In this document: positions 45,367-54,030 of the stretch, piece by piece | How positions within the stretch are numbered: the stretch's first letter is position 1 | How the letters are laid out: the number at the start of each line of letters is the position of its first letter | IMG/VR virus record: IMGVR_UViG_3300038828_000030 | DNA length: 64,000 nt | From: an uncultured virus (IMG/VR IMGVR_UViG_3300038828_000030) | Lineage: Duplodnaviria; Heunggongvirae; Uroviricota; Caudoviricetes | Reading direction: 5' to 3' (one strand) | Position numbers and translations under genes: made by a program | The notes under the pieces: generated by a model | Told to the model about the DNA's origin: nothing | What the model saw: only the letters and a program-made list of their open reading frames with translations | Database searches by the model: none

Positions 45367-45934
45367 TTTCTGCCCCCCGCTTCAATTCCCTCGCCTTGGC
45401 CCGGTATTCGTCCCTGATGGCCTTCAGTGCTTCGACAGTGTACTTGCGCGGCGTCTGGTCGGCCTCCAGCGCCTCGACGGCTTCCAGCCCGATCCTGGCT
45501 ATCAGGCCCAGCCGGTAATCGACGGCCCGGCCTGCGCCCCAACGGTTGCACTGCTTTCGCTGGGCGTGGGCGTTGTCTTCGTGAAACCGCAGATGCGGCG
45601 CGCTCCCGACGCTGCGGTAATGGCCGCAGTCGTAGTGCCCGCCCACGTCACCAGCCGACAGCGGCAGGCCGCAGCAGATACACGGCTGATCTATGTCCCT
45701 TGCCCGGATGTAGGCGTTGAACGCCGCCTGCGCCTCTTTCTCCCAGTCGCGCCGGGTTTTCAGCCGCTCCTTGCGCGCCCGGTCTTTGCGCACACCGTCC
45801 AGGCGGTCGCACTCGGCAACCTTGGCGCGGTGACTGTGGGCAAGAGCCATGGCGCAGTCGATTCCGCAGGCCGTTTGCGTTGACCGGGCCGGCGTGAAGG
45901 GCTGGAGGCAGTTTTTGCACTTGCGTTGCTTCAT
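45359..45934 (-). CDS. ninG: NinG/Rap-family endonuclease, 191 aa
   Basis: AQAAFNAYIRARD..PCICCG..DCGHYRSVGSAPHLRFHEDNAHAQ..CN. Confidence 0.88.
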   Translation of the reverse strand: MKQRKCKNCLQPFTPARSTQTACGIDCAMALAHSHRAKVAECDRLDGVRKDRARKERLKTRRDWEKEAQAAFNAYIRARDIDQPCICCGLPLSAGDVGGHYDCGHYRSVGSAPHLRFHEDNAHAQRKQCNRWGAGRAVDYRLGLIARIGLEAVEALEADQTPRKYTVEALKAIRDEYRAKARELKRGAESV

Positions 45935-46398
45935 ACCGCCACCACCACGTCACCAGGCTTTTTCTTGCCGCGCACCAGCTCGGAAATCCGCTTCTCCGTG
46001 GCGATATGCACCTTCACAATTTCCCGGTGCGGCAGCTGCGCCATGATTTCGCCCATGTCGGCAATCAAGGCCCGCATGGCCTGAATACCGGCCCCATCAA
46101 AGCCCATGCGCTTGCCCTCCAGGTATCTCGCACCGGCAATTGCCATGGCCGCCTTGCCGCGCTCCTTGATGCCTTCCTCGTCCGTCACGATGCCATGCAC
46201 CAGCATGGTTTCCATCAGGTTCACCACGTCGGACAAGATGCGCCAATCGGCCTCGGTCGAGCTGGGCGCGCGCTCGATTGATTCAAGCGCCAGATAAACC
46301 CGGGTCAGCCAGCTTTGCCGGGTTGCTTCGGGCATGGGGTCAACCGGGGACGCAAACAGCGCGTCCAGGTAGGTATAAAACGTGCGCTGCTTTTTCAC
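45931..46398 (-). CDS. Hypothetical protein, 155 aa
   Basis: SD GAGGGAG; ATGA overlap with ninG. Confidence 0.6.
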   Translation of the reverse strand: MKKQRTFYTYLDALFASPVDPMPEATRQSWLTRVYLALESIERAPSSTEADWRILSDVVNLMETMLVHGIVTDEEGIKERGKAAMAIAGARYLEGKRMGFDGAGIQAMRALIADMGEIMAQLPHREIVKVHIATEKRISELVRGKKKPGDVVVAV

Positions 46399-46516
46399 TG
46401 CTCAATCTCCCTCATTTCTTCAGCCGAAGGCTTGAATTTCGGGCCTATGGCGCGTTTTCCTGCTTCGCCGCTACCCATGTAGCAAAACGCCAGCGTTCGT
46501 GCCTTGTGGCGGCAGT

Positions 46517-47017
46517 TCATCGCGCACCCATTCCAGCCCACGGCGACACGGAGTGATCGCGCCACTTGGTGCGGGCCTGAATGCCGCTCACATGCGAACG
46601 GCTCACCCCATAGCGTTCGGCCAGGATGTGGTCGGCTTCATCGCTGGCGCGAATGGCAGCCACGTCATCGGCGGTCAGCTTGGCGCTTTTTCGCCTGGCC
46701 TTGGCAATCTTGGCCGCGCGAATCTGGTGATTGGTGTTCGCCACCAGGCGCTCACGCACGAACTTCGCCAATGGCACGATGGCGATGTGATCCGCGTTTA
46801 CACAGCGGTGGTTTTCGCAGGTGCAGACCAGCTTGTGTTTGAGCGGTACTTCGCTGGGCTTGCCGTGGGCTTGCAGCACCAGCTTTCGAGCCGATTGCAT
46901 CTTGCCGTCGTGGTACATGCGCGGCGATCCGCCAGCCGAAATGTGGCCTTGCCATTCAAGGCAGTCGCCTACTTCCTCGCATCGGCTTTCGATTTTCTTC
47001 AACAGCTCCGTATTCAT
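46517..47017 (-). CDS. HNH-like zinc-binding protein with C-terminal HTH, 166 aa
   Basis: DCLEWQG..TCENHRCVNADHI; KLTADDVAAIR..LAERYGVSRSHVSGI. Confidence 0.7.
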   Translation of the reverse strand: MNTELLKKIESRCEEVGDCLEWQGHISAGGSPRMYHDGKMQSARKLVLQAHGKPSEVPLKHKLVCTCENHRCVNADHIAIVPLAKFVRERLVANTNHQIRAAKIAKARRKSAKLTADDVAAIRASDEADHILAERYGVSRSHVSGIQARTKWRDHSVSPWAGMGAR

Positions 47018-47275
47018 CCCTTGCTTTCCTCAGTCCTTGTCTTTCCTGCGCTGCCAGCGCAATGCGCTCTTCCAGGCTCAAATCGATGTGCCATTCCTTC
47101 GCTTCCTCCGGTGATGGCCGGAAGTCGCCCAGAAGCGCGCGTACCTTCGCCAGCAGCCCCACGTAGACGCCGGAATCGTCGGCCTCGCATTCCCGCGCTT
47201 GCGCGCGCGCGTACTGCCACCAGCCGGGCATTCGCGCTTTCGCGGCGATGTCTTGTGCCATTTCGTCGCATGGGG

Positions 47276-49060
47276 TCAAACAGCCTCCACAGCACCGCTT
47301 GCGCTGTAGTCCACATAAGCCACCGGCTGTCGGCGGCTGTAGGTGCAAAACTGCTGAGCCGATTTGTTGAACCACAGCTTCAAGCTGTAGTGCTGCATAT
47401 CGCCGTTGCGCTGCTTTTGCAGTTCCAGGCGTGCGTCTGGTTCGTCGGGATCGACTTCCTTTGACTCATCCCGGCGGGCGCTCCAAACGGTGAACACGTT
47501 GTCTGCGCCATCGGTGATCTTGGAACTCCCGGCAACGTCCAACTTTCCCGGCCCTTTGCTTTCGTCAACGCCTTTGCGTGGGTGGGCGACAAGGTGGATA
47601 TGGCAGTTGTTCCGCTTGGCGAAGTCGCACAGCTTTCTGACGGCCTCTTTCTGCGCCGTCATTGCTCCCGCGCCATCCTCAGGAACGTCCGTCATCATCA
47701 AACTGTCAATGACGAAGTGCCGCGTTCCGTACCGCTTGCTGGCGTACAGAAACACCGTCAACAGGCGTTCAATCGAGGCACTGCCGACCACGTTGAACAG
47801 CCACATCTTGTCGTGAAGCCACCGACCGATGGCGTCTAGATAGCCCATCGTCGGCCGGTCAAGGCCGGAGGCTTGCTTGGCGATCCGCTTCAACTGGCGC
47901 TCCGGTGTCATCTCGCCGGAAAACACCACCACGCGCTCGCCTTGCTGCATCAGGCCCAGCAGAGTCTGAGACAGCATCAGGCTCTTGCCGTGGCCGTTGT
48001 ATCCCGTCCATACTGTCAACTCCCCGGTACGGAACTCGAACCACTCAACGTCACGATCCAACCTCAGAACCGGATCGCGCTCGTCGCCATGGGCCGGGTA
48101 GAACATGGCCTTCACGCGATCAATGAAGTCGCTGGCCTGCCTCAATTCCTCGGGGTCTTGCGGTTTCGCCGTCTTGACGCACTCCCAAAAGTCGGAACCG
48201 TCAGCACCCGACAGCAGGTACTCGTTCGCATCCTTGGCTGGGAGAATCACCCGCTTGCATCGTTCAGCGCCGATGCGGTGCATCACCTCCCTGGCTCCTT
48301 TTTCGCCCGACTCGTCGTTGTCGAAAAAGATCAGGATTTCGCTGAACCGATCCAGCCGTGACCAGTCGTTTTCGATCCACTGGTGATTCCCGGCACCGGC
48401 ATTTACCGACAGCGCCGGAACACCGACTTGATGCAAGGTCATTGCGTCAATCTCGCCCTCGCAGATTGCTACGGTGCGGGCTTTCGGGTCGATCAGGTGC
48501 CAGCCGAAAAGGCAAGGCTCTGCACCGCCCTCTTGCCGCATGTCGCGCTTTTCTGCGACGTTGCGGTACTTCACGTTCACCAGTTCGCCATCCCGTAGGT
48601 ACGGGAACAGTGCGTAGGTTTTGCCATCGCGCAGTTGTTCGGCGATCTTGAACGCGGCGATGGTTTCCGTCGTCAGGCCGCGCTTTTGCAGCCATTCCAT
48701 CGCGCCTGCCTTGGCAGCTTGTCCCGATGGCTTGGCGGGCCGCTTGAACGGCTGTGCGGTCTTTTCCGGCATGGTGTCGCGGATGCCCAAGTACTGCATC
48801 GCCTCGGACATCGCAGCCGACATGGACAACCCACGCACGGCCATCCACAGGTCAAGCAGATCACCACCCTCGCCGCTGGCGAAGTCAGCCCACACACCCG
48901 CCTTGGCACCAGACAGCCGCACCGACAGCGACTTGCCTTCCTCGCCGCCAGTGCTCCCGGCCTTCCACTCGCCCGACTGGCGCTTGCCTTTCGGCAGCAG
49001 GTACTGCGCGATTGACGCGGCCTCGGACGCCATGCGCTGCGAAAGTTCGGCGGCGTTCAC
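47276..49060 (-). CDS. Bifunctional primase-helicase (TOPRIM plus SF4 helicase, T7 gp4/Twinkle-like), 594 aa
   Basis: CEGEIDAMT, FFDNDESG, KDANE; Walker A TGYNGHGKS, FVIDSL, LVAHPRK, KQRNG. Confidence 0.9.
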   Translation of the reverse strand: MNAAELSQRMASEAASIAQYLLPKGKRQSGEWKAGSTGGEEGKSLSVRLSGAKAGVWADFASGEGGDLLDLWMAVRGLSMSAAMSEAMQYLGIRDTMPEKTAQPFKRPAKPSGQAAKAGAMEWLQKRGLTTETIAAFKIAEQLRDGKTYALFPYLRDGELVNVKYRNVAEKRDMRQEGGAEPCLFGWHLIDPKARTVAICEGEIDAMTLHQVGVPALSVNAGAGNHQWIENDWSRLDRFSEILIFFDNDESGEKGAREVMHRIGAERCKRVILPAKDANEYLLSGADGSDFWECVKTAKPQDPEELRQASDFIDRVKAMFYPAHGDERDPVLRLDRDVEWFEFRTGELTVWTGYNGHGKSLMLSQTLLGLMQQGERVVVFSGEMTPERQLKRIAKQASGLDRPTMGYLDAIGRWLHDKMWLFNVVGSASIERLLTVFLYASKRYGTRHFVIDSLMMTDVPEDGAGAMTAQKEAVRKLCDFAKRNNCHIHLVAHPRKGVDESKGPGKLDVAGSSKITDGADNVFTVWSARRDESKEVDPDEPDARLELQKQRNGDMQHYSLKLWFNKSAQQFCTYSRRQPVAYVDYSASGAVEAV

Positions 49061-49935
49061 GCTGCGACTCCGATCCGCTTGCCGTCACGGAATTCGTGGG
49101 CGTTGCGCTCGAAGCAAAGCGCGTTTTCTGCCTCCCACACGGTCGGGAAACCGGCATCCAGCGCCCACTGCGGACGGCTGGTTTCTGCCTTCGCGTTTCC
49201 GCCAGCGTCGTCTTGCCACCGGCCCTCGTTCAGCCATGTGGTCGGGTGCGGGATGTACTGCCCGCCGTCCTTCGCCCATTGCGCCGACTTGGCCTGCACC
49301 GCGATGGCAGCCAGCATCGCAGCCAGCATCGCATCGTCGGGCTTTCGTTTTCCCCACCATCGCCTCGCCGCGTCCTTCCCGACTTTTTTCGGGTACGCAG
49401 ACCAGAACCGCTCGAACCGCAACTCAACACCCGAAGGGGGTTTGGGGGTTGTTTCTTTATCTTTATCTTTATCTTTATCTGTAGTGACTTTGTGTGACTC
49501 AGCGTGACTTGCTGGATCTGTGTCATCTGTCACGCAATCGTCGGCATCGTCACGATCCGACAAAACATCTCTATCTCGTTGTCGTTGTTGACGTTTTCTC
49601 TCAGCAGCACTCTTTGTGCCGGTATCTGGATTGCCCAAATCTTCGCGCTTCGGCTGTCGGCGATCCCACCCGGTAAGCACATCACCATCGATCACGCGGC
49701 CCTGCATCGCATCGAAAATCGCTTCGATTTCCGTATGTGTCACATCAAGCGCGCTTGCTAAATCTTCGTGCGTGACACTGACGTGACCGCGCGTGACATT
49801 GCGTGACGCATCAACCATTAGATGCAGAAACACGGCCTGCACCAGCGCCAGCGGCTGGCCGCTGATGCGGGCTATCGTTCGCCACTTCGGATCGTTCGGC
49901 ATGTCGTGCCATAGCCTTAGCCACTCGTTTGCCAT
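49057..49935 (-). CDS. Replication initiator (lambda O-like), 292 aa (start MANEWLR)
   Basis: WLRLWHDMPNDPKWR N-domain, DKDKDK linker, FERFWSAYPKKVGK..YIPHPTTWLNEGRWQD C-domain. Confidence 0.82.
   Translation of the reverse strand: MANEWLRLWHDMPNDPKWRTIARISGQPLALVQAVFLHLMVDASRNVTRGHVSVTHEDLASALDVTHTEIEAIFDAMQGRVIDGDVLTGWDRRQPKREDLGNPDTGTKSAAERKRQQRQRDRDVLSDRDDADDCVTDDTDPASHAESHKVTTDKDKDKDKETTPKPPSGVELRFERFWSAYPKKVGKDAARRWWGKRKPDDAMLAAMLAAIAVQAKSAQWAKDGGQYIPHPTTWLNEGRWQDDAGGNAKAETSRPQWALDAGFPTVWEAENALCFERNAHEFRDGKRIGVAA
49454..49807. repeat. Candidate replication origin: phased GTGAC iterons plus AT-rich tract
   Basis: (TCTTTA)4 at 49454-49477; GTGACT at 49484/49494/49504; CGTGAC at 49771/49782/49792/49802. 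Confidence 0.55.
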
Positions 49936-50049
49936 GTTCGGAAACCTCTTGTTCGTGCCACGGCACATGCCGCTCGTATTCATCAACCCACCGCGCACGT
50001 GCAATCGAGCGCAACTTGACGCATCGCCACAGAAAGAGCAGCGTTTGCC

Positions 50050-50262
50050 TCATGACAGCCCGCTCTCCGCTTCCATCCGCGCCACCGTCGCCGGCTCGCG
50101 CAGTGCCACCAATCGAGCCACGTCAGACGCTGCCCGGCGTGCCTCATCGCGCCACACCTTCGCCATCTCTGGCATAGCGGCATCAGCCTTGGCTTTGAGC
50201 CTGAGAACATCACCACTGCGCGACGTGATCAGGTCTTCCAGCCCCATCTCGCGGTCGTTCAT
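50050..50262 (-). CDS. Hypothetical protein, 70 aa
   Basis: ATGA overlap with the upstream ORF; operon context. Confidence 0.5.
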   Translation of the reverse strand: MNDREMGLEDLITSRSGDVLRLKAKADAAMPEMAKVWRDEARRAASDVARLVALREPATVARMEAESGLS

Positions 50263-50649
50263 GACGCACCCCGCAGCTTCTTGCGCCCCGCATCCCCACG
50301 CCGGCGAAGCACAGCGCTCGCATCGCGCATCGAGCCGGCGCGCGGCGCGTCGGTCAGCTCATGCGCCTGGCCGGCAACCATTTCCTTCGCCTCAACGATG
50401 CGTGTGACGGCGGACTTCTTGCCCTCGGTCCAGTCGATCTTGGGCTGGTATCCGCGCCCGACGTAGAACGGGCTGGTTCGTGCTGCTGGCAGGTGTTTCT
50501 TCACTTCATTCCTCCATGGCGCTTGCGCAACTTGCGCGCGCGTCCGATGCGCTCCTGGCGCTTGTCGCGCTCGTCGTAGGCGCGCTTGATTTCGTATGGA
50601 GCCGGGTTGTCCTTGCGCTTGACCCGGCGCTTGGTGGTGTTGGTTTGCA

Positions 50650-52341
50650 TCAGGGCGCCCGCCTTTTTTGCTGGTTGGGCTGAGCGTCCAAAATGGCCTC
50701 AACCGCCTCGATGCGCTCACCGATCCACCTAGCGACTGGAACGGCCCAACTGTTACCCAAACTTTTATACCTTGGCCCGTCCGGGCACTCGCTGGCGGGC
50801 TTGCCGCGCCAGGGGATTGCGGTGTAGCCGGGTTCAAATCCCTGCAATTTTTCGCACTCCGTTGGAGTCAGGCGGCGCACTTGCATGGCACTTTGAACTG
50901 CCTGAACCTCCGCGCGGGCTTCCAGCGTGTATGCGTGATCCGCCTGCACGCCTACGCCGTCCGGGCCGCTTGCCGGGTTTGTTCGCAGTGCGCCAGCCTG
51001 GATGGCGAAAGCCACAGCAACCTGCCCGCCGCCATTCGCATGGCTGTCGCCGTGCCCCATGGCACGCAGCGTGGGCGCGATGCTGCCGGCGTCGCCGCCG
51101 TAGTCCTTGGCTGAGAATGCCACCGCCACGCCTTGCGCGCAATCCAGGGTGTGCGTGCATTCTTCTTGGATACCCCACCCGTTACTGCTGGTGTTGGCGG
51201 TGCGGATTCCGTAGGCCACAGGCACCGCAACAGCAGACTGCGCGTGGCCGTCTGTGGTCAGGGTTTCCACAATTGGCTTAACGCTTACCATTTCGGTGTG
51301 CGCGCTTTGCCGCCCTGCTGGTCGGCCTTTGTTGGCGTGCAGGAACATCGGCACCAGCGGCGTGCCGCGCCCCGTGCCACCCTCGCTGGCGTCGAAGCCT
51401 TCGCCGCGCAGGCTGCGCGCCACATACGGCGCTTCGTGGTTGCAGTTCAGCGTCGGCGCCATGTCGGCACCGATTTCGGCACCGGCCTGACCCGTGGCTA
51501 CGCACAAAGTTTCAACCGGAATCATGTATCCAGCCGCCGCATGGTCTGCGCTGTTTGACCAGCCGCCCGAGTCTTTGCACGCCTTCATTGTTCCGGCGAC
51601 TTGCAGCCCTCCATCGCAGTCGAAGTCCGTTCCAAGGCCACCGCCTGCAGTGCTGCGTGAAGGGATGGTGGGAGCTGTTTGCCGCGCTTCTCGGCTCGGC
51701 GCAGTATCCCGGCGCACGCCGTCCCACTCAAAAAGAACCTGGGCGGGATCGAACCCTTTTCGAGCACTTGCGACAACGAACACACGGCGGCGTCGTTGGG
51801 CCAGGCCGAAAAATTGGGCGTCGAAGAGTCTCCACGCCACTGCTCTTTCGGGTCCAAACACACAACCAGCGTCCGTCCACCGCTTCCCTGGTGGGACAAC
51901 TGGTACGTCTTCGCCGGCAAGACCTCCAACCAGGCAGCCAAAGGCGTTGGTTCTGTCGCTGAAGATTCCAGGCACGTTCTCGTAAAGAGCAACAATTGGC
52001 GGCTTGCCATACTTTCTTCTGATGTCATCAGCATGGTCGAGTAGCTCCACATAGATCAGGGTGAGATTTCCTCTGGCATCGAGCAGCCCGCGGCGCGCGC
52101 CAGCGACGGAAAACGCTTGGCATGGCGGGCCGCCAACGATGGCGTCAGCATCGGCAAACAGTTCATCGGGCCAGTCACGAAACAGGGACATGTCGCCGAG
52201 GTTCGGCACATCGGGGTGGTGGTGGGCCAGCACGGCGCACGGGAACGGCTCGATTTCGCTGAACGCCACCGGCTGCCAGCCCAGCGGCATCCATGCGGCG
52301 CTGGCGGCCTCGATGCCAGAGCAGATACTCAAATAGCGCAT
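50650..52341 (-). CDS. DNA (cytosine-5) methyltransferase with long variable region, 563 aa (start MRYLSIC)
   Basis: Motifs I SICSGIE, IV GGPPCQAFS, VI ENVPG, VIII QRRRRVF, IX RRLTPTECEKLQGF, X KSLGNS. Confidence 0.9.
   Translation of the reverse strand: MRYLSICSGIEAASAAWMPLGWQPVAFSEIEPFPCAVLAHHHPDVPNLGDMSLFRDWPDELFADADAIVGGPPCQAFSVAGARRGLLDARGNLTLIYVELLDHADDIRRKYGKPPIVALYENVPGIFSDRTNAFGCLVGGLAGEDVPVVPPGKRWTDAGCVFGPERAVAWRLFDAQFFGLAQRRRRVFVVASARKGFDPAQVLFEWDGVRRDTAPSREARQTAPTIPSRSTAGGGLGTDFDCDGGLQVAGTMKACKDSGGWSNSADHAAAGYMIPVETLCVATGQAGAEIGADMAPTLNCNHEAPYVARSLRGEGFDASEGGTGRGTPLVPMFLHANKGRPAGRQSAHTEMVSVKPIVETLTTDGHAQSAVAVPVAYGIRTANTSSNGWGIQEECTHTLDCAQGVAVAFSAKDYGGDAGSIAPTLRAMGHGDSHANGGGQVAVAFAIQAGALRTNPASGPDGVGVQADHAYTLEARAEVQAVQSAMQVRRLTPTECEKLQGFEPGYTAIPWRGKPASECPDGPRYKSLGNSWAVPVARWIGERIEAVEAILDAQPNQQKRRAP
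51585..52052 (-). CDS. Nested alternative-frame ORF resembling the M.EcoHK31I beta polypeptide
   Basis: Same strand, shifted frame inside the MTase; CSLSQVLE..PPRFFLS..ACAGILRRAEKRGKQLP motif; start uncertain. Confidence 0.55.
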   Translation of the reverse strand: MWSYSTMLMTSEESMASRQLLLFTRTCLESSATEPTPLAAWLEVLPAKTYQLSHQGSGGRTLVVCLDPKEQWRGDSSTPNFSAWPNDAAVCSLSQVLEKGSIPPRFFLSGTACAGILRRAEKRGKQLPPSLHAALQAVALERTSTAMEGCKSPEQ

Positions 52342-52396
52342 CACGCCGCGCCGACTTTGAGATGACCGTTGCTGAACAGGCAGACGTAGAGGGAGC

Positions 52397-52597
52397 TCAT
52401 GCGGCCTCCTGAGACTCGTTCTCACGCAGCCATGCGTACAGCTTTTCTACGGTCTTTATCCCAGGGTTCTTTCTGTCCCCGTAGGCGATCTTGCGCATGA
52501 GATGAACACTCACGCCAGAGCCTTCTTGGATGGCCGGCCAGCCAGCCGGCCCGGCCTCTTTCAGTTTGCGGACAAGGTATTCAGAGATGCTTTCCAT
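52397..52597 (-). CDS. cro: Cro-like HTH repressor, 66 aa, leaderless
   Basis: IQEGSGVSVHLMRKIAYGDRKNPGIKTVEKL HTH; first gene of the leftward operon. Confidence 0.7.
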   Translation of the reverse strand: MESISEYLVRKLKEAGPAGWPAIQEGSGVSVHLMRKIAYGDRKNPGIKTVEKLYAWLRENESQEAA

Positions 52598-52604
52598 GCC
52601 CGGG

Positions 52605-52640
52605 ATTGTAGTCCCGAATCTGGGAAATGATCAATCCCGA
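52605..52640 (-). promoter_or_regulatory. PR-like promoter with operator and half operator
   Basis: Minus strand TTGATC-18nt-TACAAT-7nt-ATG; operator TCCCGAATCTGGGA 52612-52625; half site TCCCGA 52635-52640. Confidence 0.75.
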
Positions 52641-52666
52641 AAAATAACCATGCGCTCTTGTCGGAT

Positions 52667-52710
52667 TCCCGCATCTGGGATTGACTTCGTCCCGCATTTG
52701 GGACAACAAT
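52667..52710 (+). promoter_or_regulatory. PL-like promoter with two operators
   Basis: TTGACT-18nt-AACAAT; operators TCCCGCATCTGGGA 52667-52680 and TCCCGCATTTGGGA 52690-52703. Confidence 0.75.
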
Positions 52711-52768
52711 AGACCCATCGCAACAACCAATCGCCACCCACACCGGGCGGCCAACAGGAGAGACAGCA

Positions 52769-53053
52769 ATGATTGATCACGGAATGCTCAATCTGCCGCT
52801 AGCCAAGCGCGGCTGCATTGATGCCCAGATTGACGCCTACAAGGCGCAGAAGGCCCGCAACGCCAAGGCAGAGGCAAAGGCATTGCATGAGGCCCGCCAG
52901 CAAGCCCGCGCGGCTGTGGTGGCAATGAGCGACGAGCGCTGCATCGCATTCAGCAAGGGCCAGATGACGGCCAAGCAAGCGCGAGCAAAGCTGCTGTCTA
53001 TTGCCCGCTTCACACCCGCGTCGATTCTGAATGTGGTGGGAGGTGCGGCATGA
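52769..53053 (+). CDS. Hypothetical early protein, 94 aa
   Basis: SD AGGAG; first gene after the PL-like promoter. Confidence 0.65.
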   Translation: MIDHGMLNLPLAKRGCIDAQIDAYKAQKARNAKAEAKALHEARQQARAAVVAMSDERCIAFSKGQMTAKQARAKLLSIARFTPASILNVVGGAA

Positions 53054-53430
53054 GCAACAGCACCAAAGCTGTAGCAGCCGCGCTCGCAGCAGCGCTGCTT
53101 GCCGGCTGCGCCACCGCACCAGGCGGTGCGAATTACGCGCCCATGGTTGATACCGGCCATCGCATCGGCGTGTACGAGCAAGACCTGGCCGAGTGCCAGC
53201 AGTACGCCCAGCGCGCGGCAGGCGCGGGTGACGGCGCTGTCGCGGGCGCGGTTGGCGGCGCAATCGTCATGGGCGTGCTGAGCGCCATCCTGGGCGGAGG
53301 TGGCCATGGCCGCTGGGCGGCTGCAGGCGCTGTTGCTGGTGGGCTGCAAGGAGCTGGCGCAGGCGAGGCCAATCAACGCGCCGTGGTTGTTCGCTGCATG
53401 AGCGTACGCGGTTATCAGGTTTTGAGCTGA
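53050..53430 (+). CDS. Glycine-zipper lipoprotein, 126 aa
   Basis: Lipobox LLAGC; DLAECQQYA; GAVAGAVGGA..GAVAGGLQG; CMSVRGY. Confidence 0.75.
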   Translation: MSNSTKAVAAALAAALLAGCATAPGGANYAPMVDTGHRIGVYEQDLAECQQYAQRAAGAGDGAVAGAVGGAIVMGVLSAILGGGGHGRWAAAGAVAGGLQGAGAGEANQRAVVVRCMSVRGYQVLS

Positions 53431-53440
53431 GGAGCGCACC

Positions 53441-53845
53441 ATGGACAACCCCGACAACCCCATGGCCCGGCCCCTGAGCCGCGCCGAGGAAGAGCGCCTG
53501 TACGGCGACGACGTTGCCGACGCGCAGCGCGCCGACTTCGCCATCGAGCGAACGCTGAACGTCATCAAGAGCGGCATCGACGCTGCATTCGACGAGCTGG
53601 AAATCGGCGAGTACGGCCGCGAGCGCGATCTGATCGTGCAGGTGCTGAAACTCGCTGCCGGCCGGCGTGACGCCGACGTGGTTGCCTCGGCCGTCAATGA
53701 GCTGCTGGCCGAAATCGTGAAGAACCGCGATGCCGACTACTGGAACGCGGTCGACGAACAAGCCCGCCGTCTCCGTGATGTGTGGCACCTGTCGAACAGC
53801 ATCGCCAGCGTGGCCTGCGGCCTGAGCATCAGGAGCAAGGCATGA
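53441..53845 (+). CDS. Hypothetical protein, 134 aa
   Basis: SD GAGGAG; strong codon bias. Confidence 0.65.
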   Translation: MDNPDNPMARPLSRAEEERLYGDDVADAQRADFAIERTLNVIKSGIDAAFDELEIGEYGRERDLIVQVLKLAAGRRDADVVASAVNELLAEIVKNRDADYWNAVDEQARRLRDVWHLSNSIASVACGLSIRSKA

Positions 53846-54030
53846 GCGCCCTGCACCGCTCATGGCTGGCCGACCAGGCCGCCCAGGCCGCCCAGGCCCA
53901 CGAAGGCCCGCAGACGGCCGAGGACTGGGGCAACGCCCTGGACAAGCCAACCCCCGAAATGCTGGCCGCAGCCGAGCGGCTGCGCCAGTCGATCAATCAG
54001 CGCCGCGCACAGCGGCAGGAGGCGATATGA
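53842..54030 (+). CDS. Hypothetical protein, 62 aa (start MSALHRS)
   Basis: ATGA overlaps on both sides. Confidence 0.55.
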   Translation: MSALHRSWLADQAAQAAQAHEGPQTAEDWGNALDKPTPEMLAAAERLRQSINQRRAQRQEAI

